Shown in pieces: positions 18,510 to 28,499 of a stretch of DNA of 64,000 nucleotides. The stretch is from Deltaproteobacteria bacterium (GTDB lineage: Bacteria; Myxococcota_A; Polyangia; Polyangiales; Houyiibacteriaceae). The first letter of the stretch is position 1. Every line of letters begins with the position of its first letter. Location of the stretch: the NCBI GenBank assembly GCA_034670305.1, contig JAXMNT010000003.1:128001-192000 (forward strand), read 5' to 3'. The position numbers and the translations under genes are program-made. The notes beneath the pieces were generated by a model that was not told the origin of the DNA, made no database searches, and saw only the letters and a list, made by a program, of their open reading frames with translations.

Positions 18510-20099
18510 GTGGGACACGTACTCGCGGTCCTCTTCTATGGGGTGATGCTCGGTGCAGTGGGCTTCTTCGTCCACAAGGTGCTGTGGTTCGTCCGGTACC
18601 GGAGCCTGCAGGACCGGATGCTCGGCCGCGCCCTCGAGAAGCTGACCGAACAGGCGGACACCACCGTGGTGCGCTGGGATCGGGGCGCGGAACACAGCTG
18701 GTCCGAAGCCAACGCGAGCCACGACGCGGGACCGACCGACTACGTGCGCCGGGTGGAAGAGGATCTGGCCCGGATCGAGCGGGTGCTCGAGGACGGCCAC
18801 ACCCCAGTCCGCTCGACCTTTGTGCGCGCCGTCGTGGAGGACACCCCGGCGGAGACCTTCACCGTGCTGCGGATCCCCCGCCACCACGGCGACGCCTTGC
18901 CGGTCGAGATCCTGCTCTCGTTCGGCCATGTGCCCGAGCCAAACGTGCCCGACCCCGCGCTCTTCGAGCTCAACATCCGGAGCCGCTACGGGTTCTGGCG
19001 TCGACTGCTCGCGTTCTTCCTCGGCGCGGCCGACGTCGTGTACTCGAGCCAACACGTCATCCGGATGTCGCAGAACCAGTCGGTCCCCGCGAACCTGCTG
19101 ATCCGCCGGGTGTCGCTGGTGTTGCTCATCCTCGTCGCGCTCGGACTCGACATCGGATTCGGGATCCGAGACCACCTCATCGCGTGGGCCGAGCGCTGGA
19201 CCCGAACCCATCTCTCCCTCGACGGCACCCTCGGTGAGTACGCGCCGAGCGTGATCGGGCTTGGGCTCTGGTTGACCATCTACGGCGCCCTCTACCTCGG
19301 GCTCTACATCGGTCTTCGATGGTGGAGCGGCCGCAAGGTCGCCCGCCTCGAGACCCTGCGCAACACCTACAAGGACCGCATCGCCGACATTCGCGACATG
19401 CATCTCGAAGGGCTGCAGCGCTGGGCCCGCGACTACGCGACGACCCTCGACGACGCCGCGATGCTCACCCTGCACCAAGCACTCATGTTGGTTCAACGCA
19501 CCCGACATCGGCTGCGCCGCCGGGTCGCGAGCAAGATGTTGCTCGCCCTCGCGGAAGAGGTCGCCCAGTGCTTCTTCGCCCGTCTCCCAGAGTCGGCGAC
19601 GGAGCTGCGGGACGTGGCCACCCAGCGCGAACACAGCCTGGCCCACAAGATCTGGCCGCGCGCGCGCGAGATGGCGTACCAGGTCGAGATCGCGAAGTTC
19701 CGTCACGCCTGGCGCGACATCGAACTGTGTCTGAGCGCGCTTCGCGGCCAGCACCCCGATCCGGATCTGGCCGGCCAACTCTGGCGAAGCCTCGTGCGCT
19801 ACGCCCGGATGTTCCCCGAGGTCGTGCCCGAGGATCTCTTCACCCGGCTTCAGGAAGCCCACGGCAACACCGTTGAGAACATGGTCGACGCCACCGATGC
19901 CGATCTCGCGGATCTCGACCAGCGTCTGACCGAACTCGCCACCGCGCTCTCGCACACCTTCGAATCGGTCAGCGCGCTCGTCGAGAGCCGCATCGAACTG
20001 ACCACCCAGGCCATGAACGCCGCGGTCGCCGATCTGGTCGCCGAAGCGCTCCGGGTCCGGGAAGAAGCCCGACTCGAAGCGATGGCGTTCGAAATCTGA
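18510..20099 (+). CDS. Hypothetical membrane protein with helical/coiled-coil C-terminus
   Basis: Long ORF with strong GC3 bias, three hydrophobic segments; GTG 18510 preferred over 18444. Confidence 0.75.
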   Translation: MGHVLAVLFYGVMLGAVGFFVHKVLWFVRYRSLQDRMLGRALEKLTEQADTTVVRWDRGAEHSWSEANASHDAGPTDYVRRVEEDLARIERVLEDGHTPVRSTFVRAVVEDTPAETFTVLRIPRHHGDALPVEILLSFGHVPEPNVPDPALFELNIRSRYGFWRRLLAFFLGAADVVYSSQHVIRMSQNQSVPANLLIRRVSLVLLILVALGLDIGFGIRDHLIAWAERWTRTHLSLDGTLGEYAPSVIGLGLWLTIYGALYLGLYIGLRWWSGRKVARLETLRNTYKDRIADIRDMHLEGLQRWARDYATTLDDAAMLTLHQALMLVQRTRHRLRRRVASKMLLALAEEVAQCFFARLPESATELRDVATQREHSLAHKIWPRAREMAYQVEIAKFRHAWRDIELCLSALRGQHPDPDLAGQLWRSLVRYARMFPEVVPEDLFTRLQEAHGNTVENMVDATDADLADLDQRLTELATALSHTFESVSALVESRIELTTQAMNAAVADLVAEALRVREEARLEAMAFEI

Positions 20100-20132
20100 G
20101 CGCAGGCACGGTTTGTGCGGTACCGCCGGACC

Positions 20133-21140
20133 ATGCTTCGATCCGTCCTCGGCCTGTGCCTTCTGGTGCCAACTCTGCAGCTGATGGGCTGCGCCGCACA
20201 CCACGACGTCGACGAAGGCTGCGGCATCGTGTGTTGCCGCGGCACCGACCGGGTCTCGGCAACCGATGGCTGCGTCTGCCCCGATCTCGCGCGGGTCAGC
20301 ACGAGCGGCACCTGCGCCATGGACGCAGGCCCGGGACCGGACTCGGCCACACCGGACGCCCCGTCCCCGCGGGACGCCGGGACCGACAGTCCATTGGACA
20401 TCGACGTCGGGCTGAGCTGCACGCCCACCCGCGCGCAGTACGCGTGCATGGCCGACACCACCACGCCGGCCGGCGAGGCATTCGTGCTGCCGATGGGGAT
20501 CCGCGCGTGCAGCTGCTGCCCCAACGGCGAGTGTCATGTGCGGGTGCGCGACGACCGAACCCTGGAGGTCACCACGACCCTCTGCGACATCGACTGCGAT
20601 TGCGAAGGCTGCAACGACGCGCAGATCGAATGCGAAGTCCCACCGCTGGGCGAAGGCGCATGGCGCGTGACGGTCAACGGCGAAGCGGCCATGGAGCTGC
20701 GCGCCGAACCGCCCTTGTTGGGCGCGGCGGAACCTCGGTGCGTCGAATTGGCGGAGGTCGACGTCTGTGCGCCGGGCCGCCCCGGACTCGCGATCTCCGG
20801 TGAACTCAACGTCGACTCGATCTGCGTGGACGTGACGGAGACGGGCGCGTACGAAGCGGTGTTCATCGACACCTGCTGGGGCTGCGGACAACTCGATGGC
20901 CCTTGCGAAGCGGTGCTCTTCCCGCGCACAGATCCCGATGCGCCCGGCGGCGTCATCCAAGTGGTGTCCTACACCTCCGAGACCGAGTGCGACGTCGACT
21001 GTCCCGACGTGTGCATTCGCCACGAACGCCGCTGCAAACTGCCGCCCCTTGTCCCAGGCGGCGTGTACGCCGTCGACTACGGCGCGGGAGACCGCGCGCT
21101 CGAACTCATCGCGGACGGCCGCGGCACCTGCGCGCCCTGA
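20133..21140 (+). CDS. Cys-rich lipoprotein with two internally homologous domains
   Basis: LMGC lipobox; [18 protein letters not shown] and [17 protein letters not shown]. Confidence 0.75.
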   Translation: MLRSVLGLCLLVPTLQLMGCAAHHDVDEGCGIVCCRGTDRVSATDGCVCPDLARVSTSGTCAMDAGPGPDSATPDAPSPRDAGTDSPLDIDVGLSCTPTRAQYACMADTTTPAGEAFVLPMGIRACSCCPNGECHVRVRDDRTLEVTTTLCDIDCDCEGCNDAQIECEVPPLGEGAWRVTVNGEAAMELRAEPPLLGAAEPRCVELAEVDVCAPGRPGLAISGELNVDSICVDVTETGAYEAVFIDTCWGCGQLDGPCEAVLFPRTDPDAPGGVIQVVSYTSETECDVDCPDVCIRHERRCKLPPLVPGGVYAVDYGAGDRALELIADGRGTCAP

Positions 21141-21146
21141 GCCGGT

Positions 21147-21417
21147 AGCGAAAGCGGGAGCGGAAGCGGCAGCGGATTCGGTCGCGGAAGCGGAAGCGGA
21201 AGCGGAAGCGGTAGCGGAAGCGGGAGCGGATTCGGCGTCGGCTTCGGATTCGGCTTCGGATTCGGCGTCGGCTTCGGCTTCGGCTTCGGCTTCGGCTTCG
21301 GCTTCGGCTTCCGCTTCGGCGTCGGCTTCGGCGTCGGCTTGGGCTTCGGCTTCGGCTTCGGCTTCGATTGGCAAGCGCTCAAGGGCAAGGGCAGGGGCAA
21401 GGGCAAGGGCAAGGGGC
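21147..21417. repeat. Composite intergenic hexamer tract: (AGCGGN)~14, (TCGGCT-like)~22, (AAGGGC)~6
   Basis: Blocks at 21147-21230, 21232-21363 and 21381-21417, upstream of proS. Confidence 0.93.
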
Positions 21418-21472
21418 ACGGCTCCGCCGTGCTGGCGCTTGTGCGCTCCGGGGTCCCGGAGTAATGCGCCGG

Positions 21473-23269
21473 ATGCGCTTCACCCAGGCCTTCATTCCCA
21501 CCGTCAAAGAGGTCCCGAAGGACGCGGTCGACGCGTCCCACGTGCTGCTGCTCCGGGGCGGGTTCATCCGCATGATCGGCGCCGGCATCTACGAGATGCT
21601 CCCGCTCGGCCAGCGGGTGCTGACCAAGGTCAGCAACATCATCCGCGACGAGATGAACGAGGCGAGCGCCCAAGAGGTGCTGATGCCCACGCTTCTTCCG
21701 GCGAGCTACTTCAAGGAGACCGGGCGCTGGGACGTCTACGGGGATGTGCTCGTGCGCATCAAGGACCGGCGCGGCGGGCACTACCACCTGGCGCCGACGC
21801 ACGAAGAGATCGTGACCGACATGGTTCGGCGCGAAGTGAAGAGCTACAAGCAGCTGCCGCTGAACCTGTACCAGGTGCAATGGAAGTTCCGCGACGAACC
21901 CCGGCCGCGCGCGGGGCTGATGCGCTGCCGCGAGTTCCTCATGAAGGACGCCTACTCCTTCGATTCCTCGCTCGAGAACGCGGAGAAGAGCTACGCGATC
22001 ATGCGCGACGCGTACCACCGCATCTTCGGCCGCCTCGGTCTGACCTACCGCATCGTCGAAGCGGACAGCGGCCAGATCGGCGGCGACACGAGCGCCGAGT
22101 TCCAGGTGCTCGCCCAGAGCGGCGAAGACCACATCGTCGCCTGCGGATCCTGTGACTACGCGGCGAACGTCGAAGTCGCCGAGGCGGCCGTCGACGCAGG
22201 CGCCGCCGATGCGAGCGGCACCCCTGCGATGGAGAAGATCGCGACGCCCGACACCCGCACGATCGAAGAGGTGCTCAAGTTCTTCGGTGGCGAGACCACC
22301 ATCGACGCGACGCTGAAGTCGCTGCTCTACGTCGCGCTCGCGCCGCTTCCGGAAGACGAAGACTCGAAGAAGAAAAAGAAGAAGCGCCCGGAACCGGAAG
22401 AGCCGAAGCTGGCGAAGGCGCTCGTCGTGGTGCGCGGCGATCACGAAGTGAACGAGATCAAAGTGGCGCGCGCGATGGCCGCCACCGGCGTTCGACTCGC
22501 CACCGAAGAAGAGGTGCGGGAGACGTTCGGGGTGGGCCTCGGTTCACTCGGTCCGGTCGCGGCGCCCGCGGATCTGCGCGTGCTCGTAGACCACGCCGTT
22601 GCGCATGTGGCGGACGGCATCTGCGGCGCCAACGAAGACGGTCACCACCTCCGCCACGTGGCATTCGGTCGCGACTTCGAGGGCGAACGCGCCGCGCTGC
22701 GTATGGTCGGCGAAGGCGACGCCTGCCCGCGCTGCAACGGCGTCCTGTCCTCGTACCGCGGCATCGAAGGCGGGCACATCTTCATTCTCGGCACCCACTA
22801 CTCGTCGAAGATGAACGCCACGTTCCTCGACGAGAACGGCAAAGCGAAGCCGTTCGTGATGGGCTGCTATGGCATCGGGGTCACCCGGCTCATGGCCGCG
22901 GCGATCGAACAGCACCACGACGACCACGGGATCCGATGGCCGATGGCGATCGCGCCCTACCAGGTCACCGTGCTCACCCTCGGCAAGGACGCCGCGGTCA
23001 AAGAGGCCGCAGAGAAGATCTACGACGCACTCAAGAAGCGCCGCGTGGAAGTGCTCTTCGACGACCGGAAAGACCGGCCCGGATCCAAGTTCAAAGACGC
23101 CGACCTGATCGGGGTCCCACTGCGGGTCGCGATCGGGGCTCGGGGACTGGAAGAAGGCATGGCAGAGTTGAAGGAACGTGCGTCGGACGACGCCGAGTCC
23201 ATCCCGCTCGACGAAATCGTCGACGTCGTGGTGGCGCGGATCGAACAGCAACTCGCCAGCGAGGGTTGA
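21473..23269 (+). CDS. proS: Proline--tRNA ligase (bacterial type with INS editing domain)
   Basis: [71 protein letters not shown]; start 21464 or 21473. Confidence 0.98.
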   Translation: MRFTQAFIPTVKEVPKDAVDASHVLLLRGGFIRMIGAGIYEMLPLGQRVLTKVSNIIRDEMNEASAQEVLMPTLLPASYFKETGRWDVYGDVLVRIKDRRGGHYHLAPTHEEIVTDMVRREVKSYKQLPLNLYQVQWKFRDEPRPRAGLMRCREFLMKDAYSFDSSLENAEKSYAIMRDAYHRIFGRLGLTYRIVEADSGQIGGDTSAEFQVLAQSGEDHIVACGSCDYAANVEVAEAAVDAGAADASGTPAMEKIATPDTRTIEEVLKFFGGETTIDATLKSLLYVALAPLPEDEDSKKKKKKRPEPEEPKLAKALVVVRGDHEVNEIKVARAMAATGVRLATEEEVRETFGVGLGSLGPVAAPADLRVLVDHAVAHVADGICGANEDGHHLRHVAFGRDFEGERAALRMVGEGDACPRCNGVLSSYRGIEGGHIFILGTHYSSKMNATFLDENGKAKPFVMGCYGIGVTRLMAAAIEQHHDDHGIRWPMAIAPYQVTVLTLGKDAAVKEAAEKIYDALKKRRVEVLFDDRKDRPGSKFKDADLIGVPLRVAIGARGLEEGMAELKERASDDAESIPLDEIVDVVVARIEQQLASEG

Positions 23270-23277
23270 AGAGGACG

Positions 23278-23445
23278 ATGACCGAACCTGGAACCCGTGA
23301 GAGCCCGATGTGGCGCCACTTCGTCCTGTGGGCGCTGTTTCTGATCCTCGTGGTGGTCGGCGTCTTTCAGGTGCTCCTCCCGGAACTGGAAGACGACAAC
23401 CCGGAAGGATCGGCCTCGGAGACGACCGAAGAACCCGCCGAGTAG
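23278..23445 (+). CDS. Small single-TM protein with acidic tail (55 aa)
   Basis: GAGG RBS, 8 nt after proS stop; MWRHFVLWALFLILVVVGVFQVLLP hydrophobic segment. Confidence 0.6.
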   Translation: MTEPGTRESPMWRHFVLWALFLILVVVGVFQVLLPELEDDNPEGSASETTEEPAE

Positions 23446-23634
23446 ATCGAAGCTCGTAAATTGCCGAGCAATTACAATAGTTTGAGGGAAAGATCGAACA
23501 TGTAGCAGGGGCTGAGCGTCGATCCCTACGTGGGTGAGACGACGACAACTGTCCTGTGGAAGCTCCGCCGGGCCGCTGATCCGGCCCCAAAGTTGCGATC
23601 GGCAGCTGTGAGCCGTCACACTGTGCGGGATGTG

Positions 23635-26076
23635 ATGAAATCCTGGCTCGGTGTAGCGTCGGTCGTTTTGTTCGCGCTCGCCCCTTCGACGGTGGTGCGT
23701 GCGGACGATGCGCTCCTCTGCGCGTTCGAGCCAGGCCCCGAGGTCGCTTCGATGCTCTCGCTGGACCCGCTTCCAGCGCGCGGCCCAGAACCGGCGCCGA
23801 TGTGCGAACCGCTCAGCGCCGACCCCTCGGGCGCGCGGGACCTGAGCGCGCGGGCGGGACGGCTCGCGCTCGAGCGCGCCGACGCGACGGAAGACCCAGC
23901 CGCGGCGCTCGTCGCGCTCGATCTGGTGGCGGAGGTCTTTCCGAGACTCGGCGACCTCATCGATCTTCGCCGCGGCGAACGGCACTTCGAGCTCGGCGCG
24001 TACTCGGATGCTCGCGACGCGTTTGCCCGGGCCCGGGATGCGAGCTTCGACAGCCAGGTGCTGGTGCTCGCGCGGGTCGGGTACACCCGCAGCCTGCTCG
24101 CGATGGGCCATCGGGACGCCACCGATTCGCTGCGTTCCCTGTTGCGACGCTACCCGGACCTTCCCGAAGAGCCGGCCCTCGAGTTCGCCATGGCGCAGTA
24201 CCAAGAAGGACGCGGACGCACCGCCGAAGCGATTCAGAAGTACCGCGCCCTCGATGTGCGACACCCTGGCACCGGCCCAGGACGTGCAGCCCGCGCGCGG
24301 CTCGAAGCCATGGAGGACGAAGGCGTCGACATCCGGCCCATGCCGCCGATCCAGCGGGTCGAGCGGGCGGAACGTTTGCTTCGGCGGGGCCCGCTCGACG
24401 AAGCCCGGACCGAGCTTGCGGCGCTCGAAGCGGAACCGGCGCTGGGACCCACGCACCGCGCGCGGGTCTACTTTGCGCTCGCCACGATCGCTCGACACGA
24501 AGGTCGGTGGGCGGACGCCCGCGCCTACCTCGCCCGTGGGTCGAACACCGGCGCCGCGCTCGGCGACGAAGAGGACCAAGCGCGCCGAACCCAGCGGAGC
24601 GCGTCCATGGCCGAAGCCACGGTCGCGCGGGAGCGCGAAGAAGCGGCGCGCCGAATCAGGCAGTTGCGTGGCCGGACGCCGATGTCGCGCATCGGCACCG
24701 CGCGCGTGATGTTGATGGCCCGCGTGGCGGCTCGGGCTGGGCTGTCTGAGGAGCTGGACGAACTCGGAGAAGAGCTCGTCCGCCGCAACCTGCACGCCGG
24801 ACTTCGGCTTCGGGTCGCGCTCGATCTGGTGGGTTCGATCTCGGACGAACGGTTGCTCGCGTTGCTCGACGGACTCGAGCGCCGTCCGGGCACCATCGGC
24901 ATGCAGTCGCTCTACCACTCGGCCCGCGCGCTTCAGCGCCTCGGCCGCTTCGCCGAAGCCGAGCACGCCTTTCAAGCGGTGATCGAACGCGACCGCGGCA
25001 TCACGCCCTTCTACAAGATGTGGGCCGAGCTCCAGCTCGAGGAGATGCACCGAGCCAGTGAGATCCTGTGCGGTGGGGCGTCGAGCTGCGAAGAGACGGC
25101 GGCGCAACCGAGCCCGCCCCGCGCCGAAGGATCCAGGCTCGAAGCGACGATGTCTCCCGAGGACGTCGTGCGCACCGAGCCGGTCGAGGCCGCGTCCCTG
25201 GAAGCGCTCGCGGTCCGGCTGCACCCGCTGGTCGAGCGACACGGCGAAGCGCTCCCGTGGCTTGGTCGGGCGCACGATCTCTTGCTGACCCACGACGCCA
25301 GCGGGGCAGGCCGTCAGCTCTACGAAGCGATGATCGCGTGGCGCGAAGCCATCGGTCGCGCCATTCGACGCGCGGGTCTCGAGAGTGTCGCGCGTGGGGA
25401 CAACCGCGCGCGGGTGTTCGTCGATTTCGCAACCCGGCGCGCGCGACGCGCGGTCCCCGCGGCCGACCGCGAGTTGCTCTCGGAGATCGCCGCGGAGATC
25501 GGCGACATCGGCGCCGCCACCGGCTGGGGTGGATGGGACGCGGTGGCCGAACGTCCCCGCGCCTACGCGGCGGAAGTCGAAGCGGCTGCCATGCGCCACG
25601 GGCTCGATCCCAACCTGCTCTTCGCCATCATGCGGGTCGAGAGCGTGTACCAGAAGGACATCGTCTCGTACGCGGGTGCGATCGGCCTCTGTCAGATCAT
25701 GCCGCGTACCGGACAGCTGATCGCGGCTGCGCGTGGCAAGGACGACTACACCGTGGCCGACCTGCTCGACCCGCAGATCAACCTCGACTTCGCCGCGTGG
25801 TACCTGCGCTCCCTGATCGAGCGGTTCGATGGACACGTGCCACTCGCGATCGCGAGCTACAACGGTGGCCCGCACAACGTGCGGCGCTGGCTCGAAGACC
25901 ACGCCCGCGAGATGCCACTCGACGCCTTCCTCGAACACATCCCGTTCGACCAGACCCACCGCTATGTGCGCCGCGTGCTCACCCACTACCGCGCGTACCG
26001 CGCCCAGCAGGGTCTGCCGATGATCGCCCTGTCGACCACCCTGCCCGCCCCCGGCATCGACCCTGTCGCGTTCTGA
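23635..26076 (+). CDS. slt: Soluble lytic transglycosylase with TPR-like N-terminal region
   Basis: Signal peptide; AIMRVES (catalytic Glu), GAIGLCQIMP.T, L.DP.IN, ASYNGGP, YVRRV. Confidence 0.92.
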   Translation: MKSWLGVASVVLFALAPSTVVRADDALLCAFEPGPEVASMLSLDPLPARGPEPAPMCEPLSADPSGARDLSARAGRLALERADATEDPAAALVALDLVAEVFPRLGDLIDLRRGERHFELGAYSDARDAFARARDASFDSQVLVLARVGYTRSLLAMGHRDATDSLRSLLRRYPDLPEEPALEFAMAQYQEGRGRTAEAIQKYRALDVRHPGTGPGRAARARLEAMEDEGVDIRPMPPIQRVERAERLLRRGPLDEARTELAALEAEPALGPTHRARVYFALATIARHEGRWADARAYLARGSNTGAALGDEEDQARRTQRSASMAEATVAREREEAARRIRQLRGRTPMSRIGTARVMLMARVAARAGLSEELDELGEELVRRNLHAGLRLRVALDLVGSISDERLLALLDGLERRPGTIGMQSLYHSARALQRLGRFAEAEHAFQAVIERDRGITPFYKMWAELQLEEMHRASEILCGGASSCEETAAQPSPPRAEGSRLEATMSPEDVVRTEPVEAASLEALAVRLHPLVERHGEALPWLGRAHDLLLTHDASGAGRQLYEAMIAWREAIGRAIRRAGLESVARGDNRARVFVDFATRRARRAVPAADRELLSEIAAEIGDIGAATGWGGWDAVAERPRAYAAEVEAAAMRHGLDPNLLFAIMRVESVYQKDIVSYAGAIGLCQIMPRTGQLIAAARGKDDYTVADLLDPQINLDFAAWYLRSLIERFDGHVPLAIASYNGGPHNVRRWLEDHAREMPLDAFLEHIPFDQTHRYVRRVLTHYRAYRAQQGLPMIALSTTLPAPGIDPVAF

Positions 26077-26094
26077 AGTCGCGTTCTGAAGTCG
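26065..26094. repeat. 13-bp tandem duplication spanning the slt stop codon
   Basis: GTCGCGTTCTGAA GTCGCGTTCTGAA GTCG. Confidence 0.85.
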
Positions 26095-26104
26095 GCCGGC
26101 TTCG

Positions 26105-27358
26105 TTAGCCGCACCCACCGCGGTCGCAGAGATCGGATGCGTCCAGCAGGTCGCAGTAGCCGGCCACGCCGCGCAGGCAGCCTTGCCGCGCGACCATGCC
26201 GAACGCTCCGCCATCGCGAAGCGTCTCCGCCGGCACATCGTTCAGCAGCGCCTCCACGCCTGCGCACAGGATGGGGTCTCCGTCCTCGGGGTCACCCGCA
26301 TCTTCTTCGACGCGGCACCAGCCGACCGCAGAGGAGACCACGTCGGCTGGATGCGCGCCGCGCTCGAGCTCGATCCGCCATCGCATCACGCACGCTTCCG
26401 AGTCTCCGAGCCCGCACGCGTGGGCCGCGACCCGAGAGGCCCGCCGGAGATCGGTGCCGTCTTCGAAGAGCTGGCGCGCGCGGGTGGTGCATCCGCTCGC
26501 CGAGCCGCCTGGGCAGACGTGCCATGGGTCCTGCGCGTGTCGGCCATCGCCGCACGAACCGGTCGAGACTTCGGATGCGTGAACGGGTGCGCCCCGCTGC
26601 AGCACCCGGCGGGTGTAGTAGGTCGCGCCGCACGCGCCGCCTGCGTGCTGGAACTCGATCGTGTCGTCGCCTTCCCCACGCGTGACGAGACCGAGGTCGG
26701 TGTCGGCTGCTCGAAAGAACGCACCCTCGGGCCGCGCCGCGCATGGGAGCCGGACCCAGAGCGCTGCGTCGATCGGGTTGTACACATCGTCCGGCGACCG
26801 AATGAAGGCGCCACCGGCCGGGCTCGTGCAGACCGGGGTCTCGGTGACCTCGCCGTGCACCGTGCGCACGTGCGCCGCGTCGTACCCGGACGCATCGCGT
26901 CGTACCCGAAGAACGAACGGTGATGGCAGTCGACGCTCGAAGGGACCGAGCCTGGAGACGAACCCACGCTCCAGCGCCCCGCTTCGCTGGAGCCACGCGT
27001 CCGCCGACGCACGCGTCTCGAACATGCCCGAGACGATCCAAACGAGTTCGCCCTCGTGTCCAGGGACGAACTCCGCTGCCACCACCAGCATCGGATAGCC
27101 GGGCCCAGCCCCCTCGATGGAGTCGACGCGGCCCGCCACCGTCTCGAGCGGGCCTGTGTCGGCGATGACCACGAACTGTGGCGTGGGGCAGTCCACGCAC
27201 CCCGACGCGCTCAGGGAATCGAACATCCATCGGCCGGCAGGCGTCGGTGGGGACACGGGCATGGCCGCGCTCGAGACAGGCGTGGAGGGTGACTCGACCG
27301 AGGGCGCGCCCCCGCACGCGGTCAGAACCATTAGGCTGAGAAACTTCGGAAGACTCAT
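26105..27358 (-). CDS. Hypothetical Cys-rich lipoprotein with Sel1/Hcp-like C-terminal repeats
   Basis: LTAC lipobox; ACGLGDSEAC and GCLRGVAGYC motifs; ATG 27358. Confidence 0.6.
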   Translation of the reverse strand: MSLPKFLSLMVLTACGGAPSVESPSTPVSSAAMPVSPPTPAGRWMFDSLSASGCVDCPTPQFVVIADTGPLETVAGRVDSIEGAGPGYPMLVVAAEFVPGHEGELVWIVSGMFETRASADAWLQRSGALERGFVSRLGPFERRLPSPFVLRVRRDASGYDAAHVRTVHGEVTETPVCTSPAGGAFIRSPDDVYNPIDAALWVRLPCAARPEGAFFRAADTDLGLVTRGEGDDTIEFQHAGGACGATYYTRRVLQRGAPVHASEVSTGSCGDGRHAQDPWHVCPGGSASGCTTRARQLFEDGTDLRRASRVAAHACGLGDSEACVMRWRIELERGAHPADVVSSAVGWCRVEEDAGDPEDGDPILCAGVEALLNDVPAETLRDGGAFGMVARQGCLRGVAGYCDLLDASDLCDRGGCG

Positions 27359-27437
27359 GACACCGTTTACGTCCACGACCGGGGGTTCTCCCGGAGCGTC
27401 CGCCCAGTCTCGCACCGGAAGGCCCGCGACTCACAGG

Positions 27438-28424
27438 TTGCTGCGTCCGGCGCGGGCCGGTCGGTGGGGCGCGGTCGGGCGTGCGCTCGCGATCGCTGTG
27501 CTCTCGGCTGGCTGCGTGTCCGCCGCGCCAGGCGCGCCGCTTCGGACCGGAGGCACCGGAGGCACGACGACTCGGTTGGCCGGGCTCTCGAGCTGCACCG
27601 ACGTGGGCTCCGACGAGTCGGCGATCGAAGTCGGCGAACGACCGGTCGTGATCCTCGTCCACGGCAACGTGGCCGGCCCGTATCGGTTCTCGGCGCTCGC
27701 CCGGGCGATCGCCGCCCACGGTCACGACGTGTTGTGTTTTCGCTGGAACACCCGGCGCCGGATCGGAGGCGCCAGCGAAGCACTCGCGGCCTCGATCGAC
27801 GCACTGCGCCGGCACGTGCCTGAGGTGACGGTGATCGGACACAGCCTCGGTGGATTGATCGCTCGGCGCGCGCTGACCGACGGCGTGCTGCCCGACCCCG
27901 TACGTCAGAGCGCCCCGCTGCGGCTCGTGACCATCGCCACGCCGTTCGCAGGCGTGGCGAGTGCGCGCACGTGCGGACTCCGCTGGGCCCGGGTGTTCTC
28001 CTTTGGAACCGTCGGTGCCATTTGCCGACGCGTCGCGCGAACCGCTGCGTGGCGCGACTTCCACCCGGCCGCGTCGGTGATCGTCGAACCGGGCGTGCTC
28101 TCAAACGAAGTGCAGCTCCACCTTCACGTCGTGACGATCGAACAGGACCAGTGCCGTCGACGCTGCCGCACGGACGACGGGTCCGAAGGTCGCTGTCGGA
28201 AAACCGACTCCGTCTTCCGCGAAGCCGAACAAGACCCGGCGCTCGTCGCGGATCCCCGGCTGCGTTCGACCTCGATCGAAGCGGGGCACGGACACGTGGT
28301 CGGCAACGCCCGCACGGTACCGGCATCGACCGTCGCGATTCTGCAAGCGCAGCTCGGCTGGCCCGACCCGACCACACCGGTGCCGGTGGGCGACCCCGTG
28401 ATCGAACAGGTCGCCTGCGACTGA
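27438..28424 (+). CDS. Alpha/beta hydrolase (lipase/esterase-like) lipoprotein; start uncertain
   Basis: SAGC lipobox; ILVHG, GHSLGGL nucleophile elbow, VTIATPFAG, D..F, GH; TTG 27438 tentative. Confidence 0.75.
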   Translation: MLRPARAGRWGAVGRALAIAVLSAGCVSAAPGAPLRTGGTGGTTTRLAGLSSCTDVGSDESAIEVGERPVVILVHGNVAGPYRFSALARAIAAHGHDVLCFRWNTRRRIGGASEALAASIDALRRHVPEVTVIGHSLGGLIARRALTDGVLPDPVRQSAPLRLVTIATPFAGVASARTCGLRWARVFSFGTVGAICRRVARTAAWRDFHPAASVIVEPGVLSNEVQLHLHVVTIEQDQCRRRCRTDDGSEGRCRKTDSVFREAEQDPALVADPRLRSTSIEAGHGHVVGNARTVPASTVAILQAQLGWPDPTTPVPVGDPVIEQVACD

Positions 28425-28499
28425 ATCGGTCGTCCGCCATTGGACCCATCGCCCGAAGCCGAGCCAGGCCGAGATCTGCCACGACGACCCGCCTTCGCG

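Noticed and set aside
21420..21472. T-box or attenuator upstream of proS
   Set aside because: No T-box consensus or terminator seen; leader is short and preceded by simple repeats
23020..26238. Very long antisense/alternative-frame ORFs (also 18480-21419, 42259-45738, 5739-8090)
   Set aside because: Shadows of real high-GC genes; Arg/Ala/Pro-rich with no motifs
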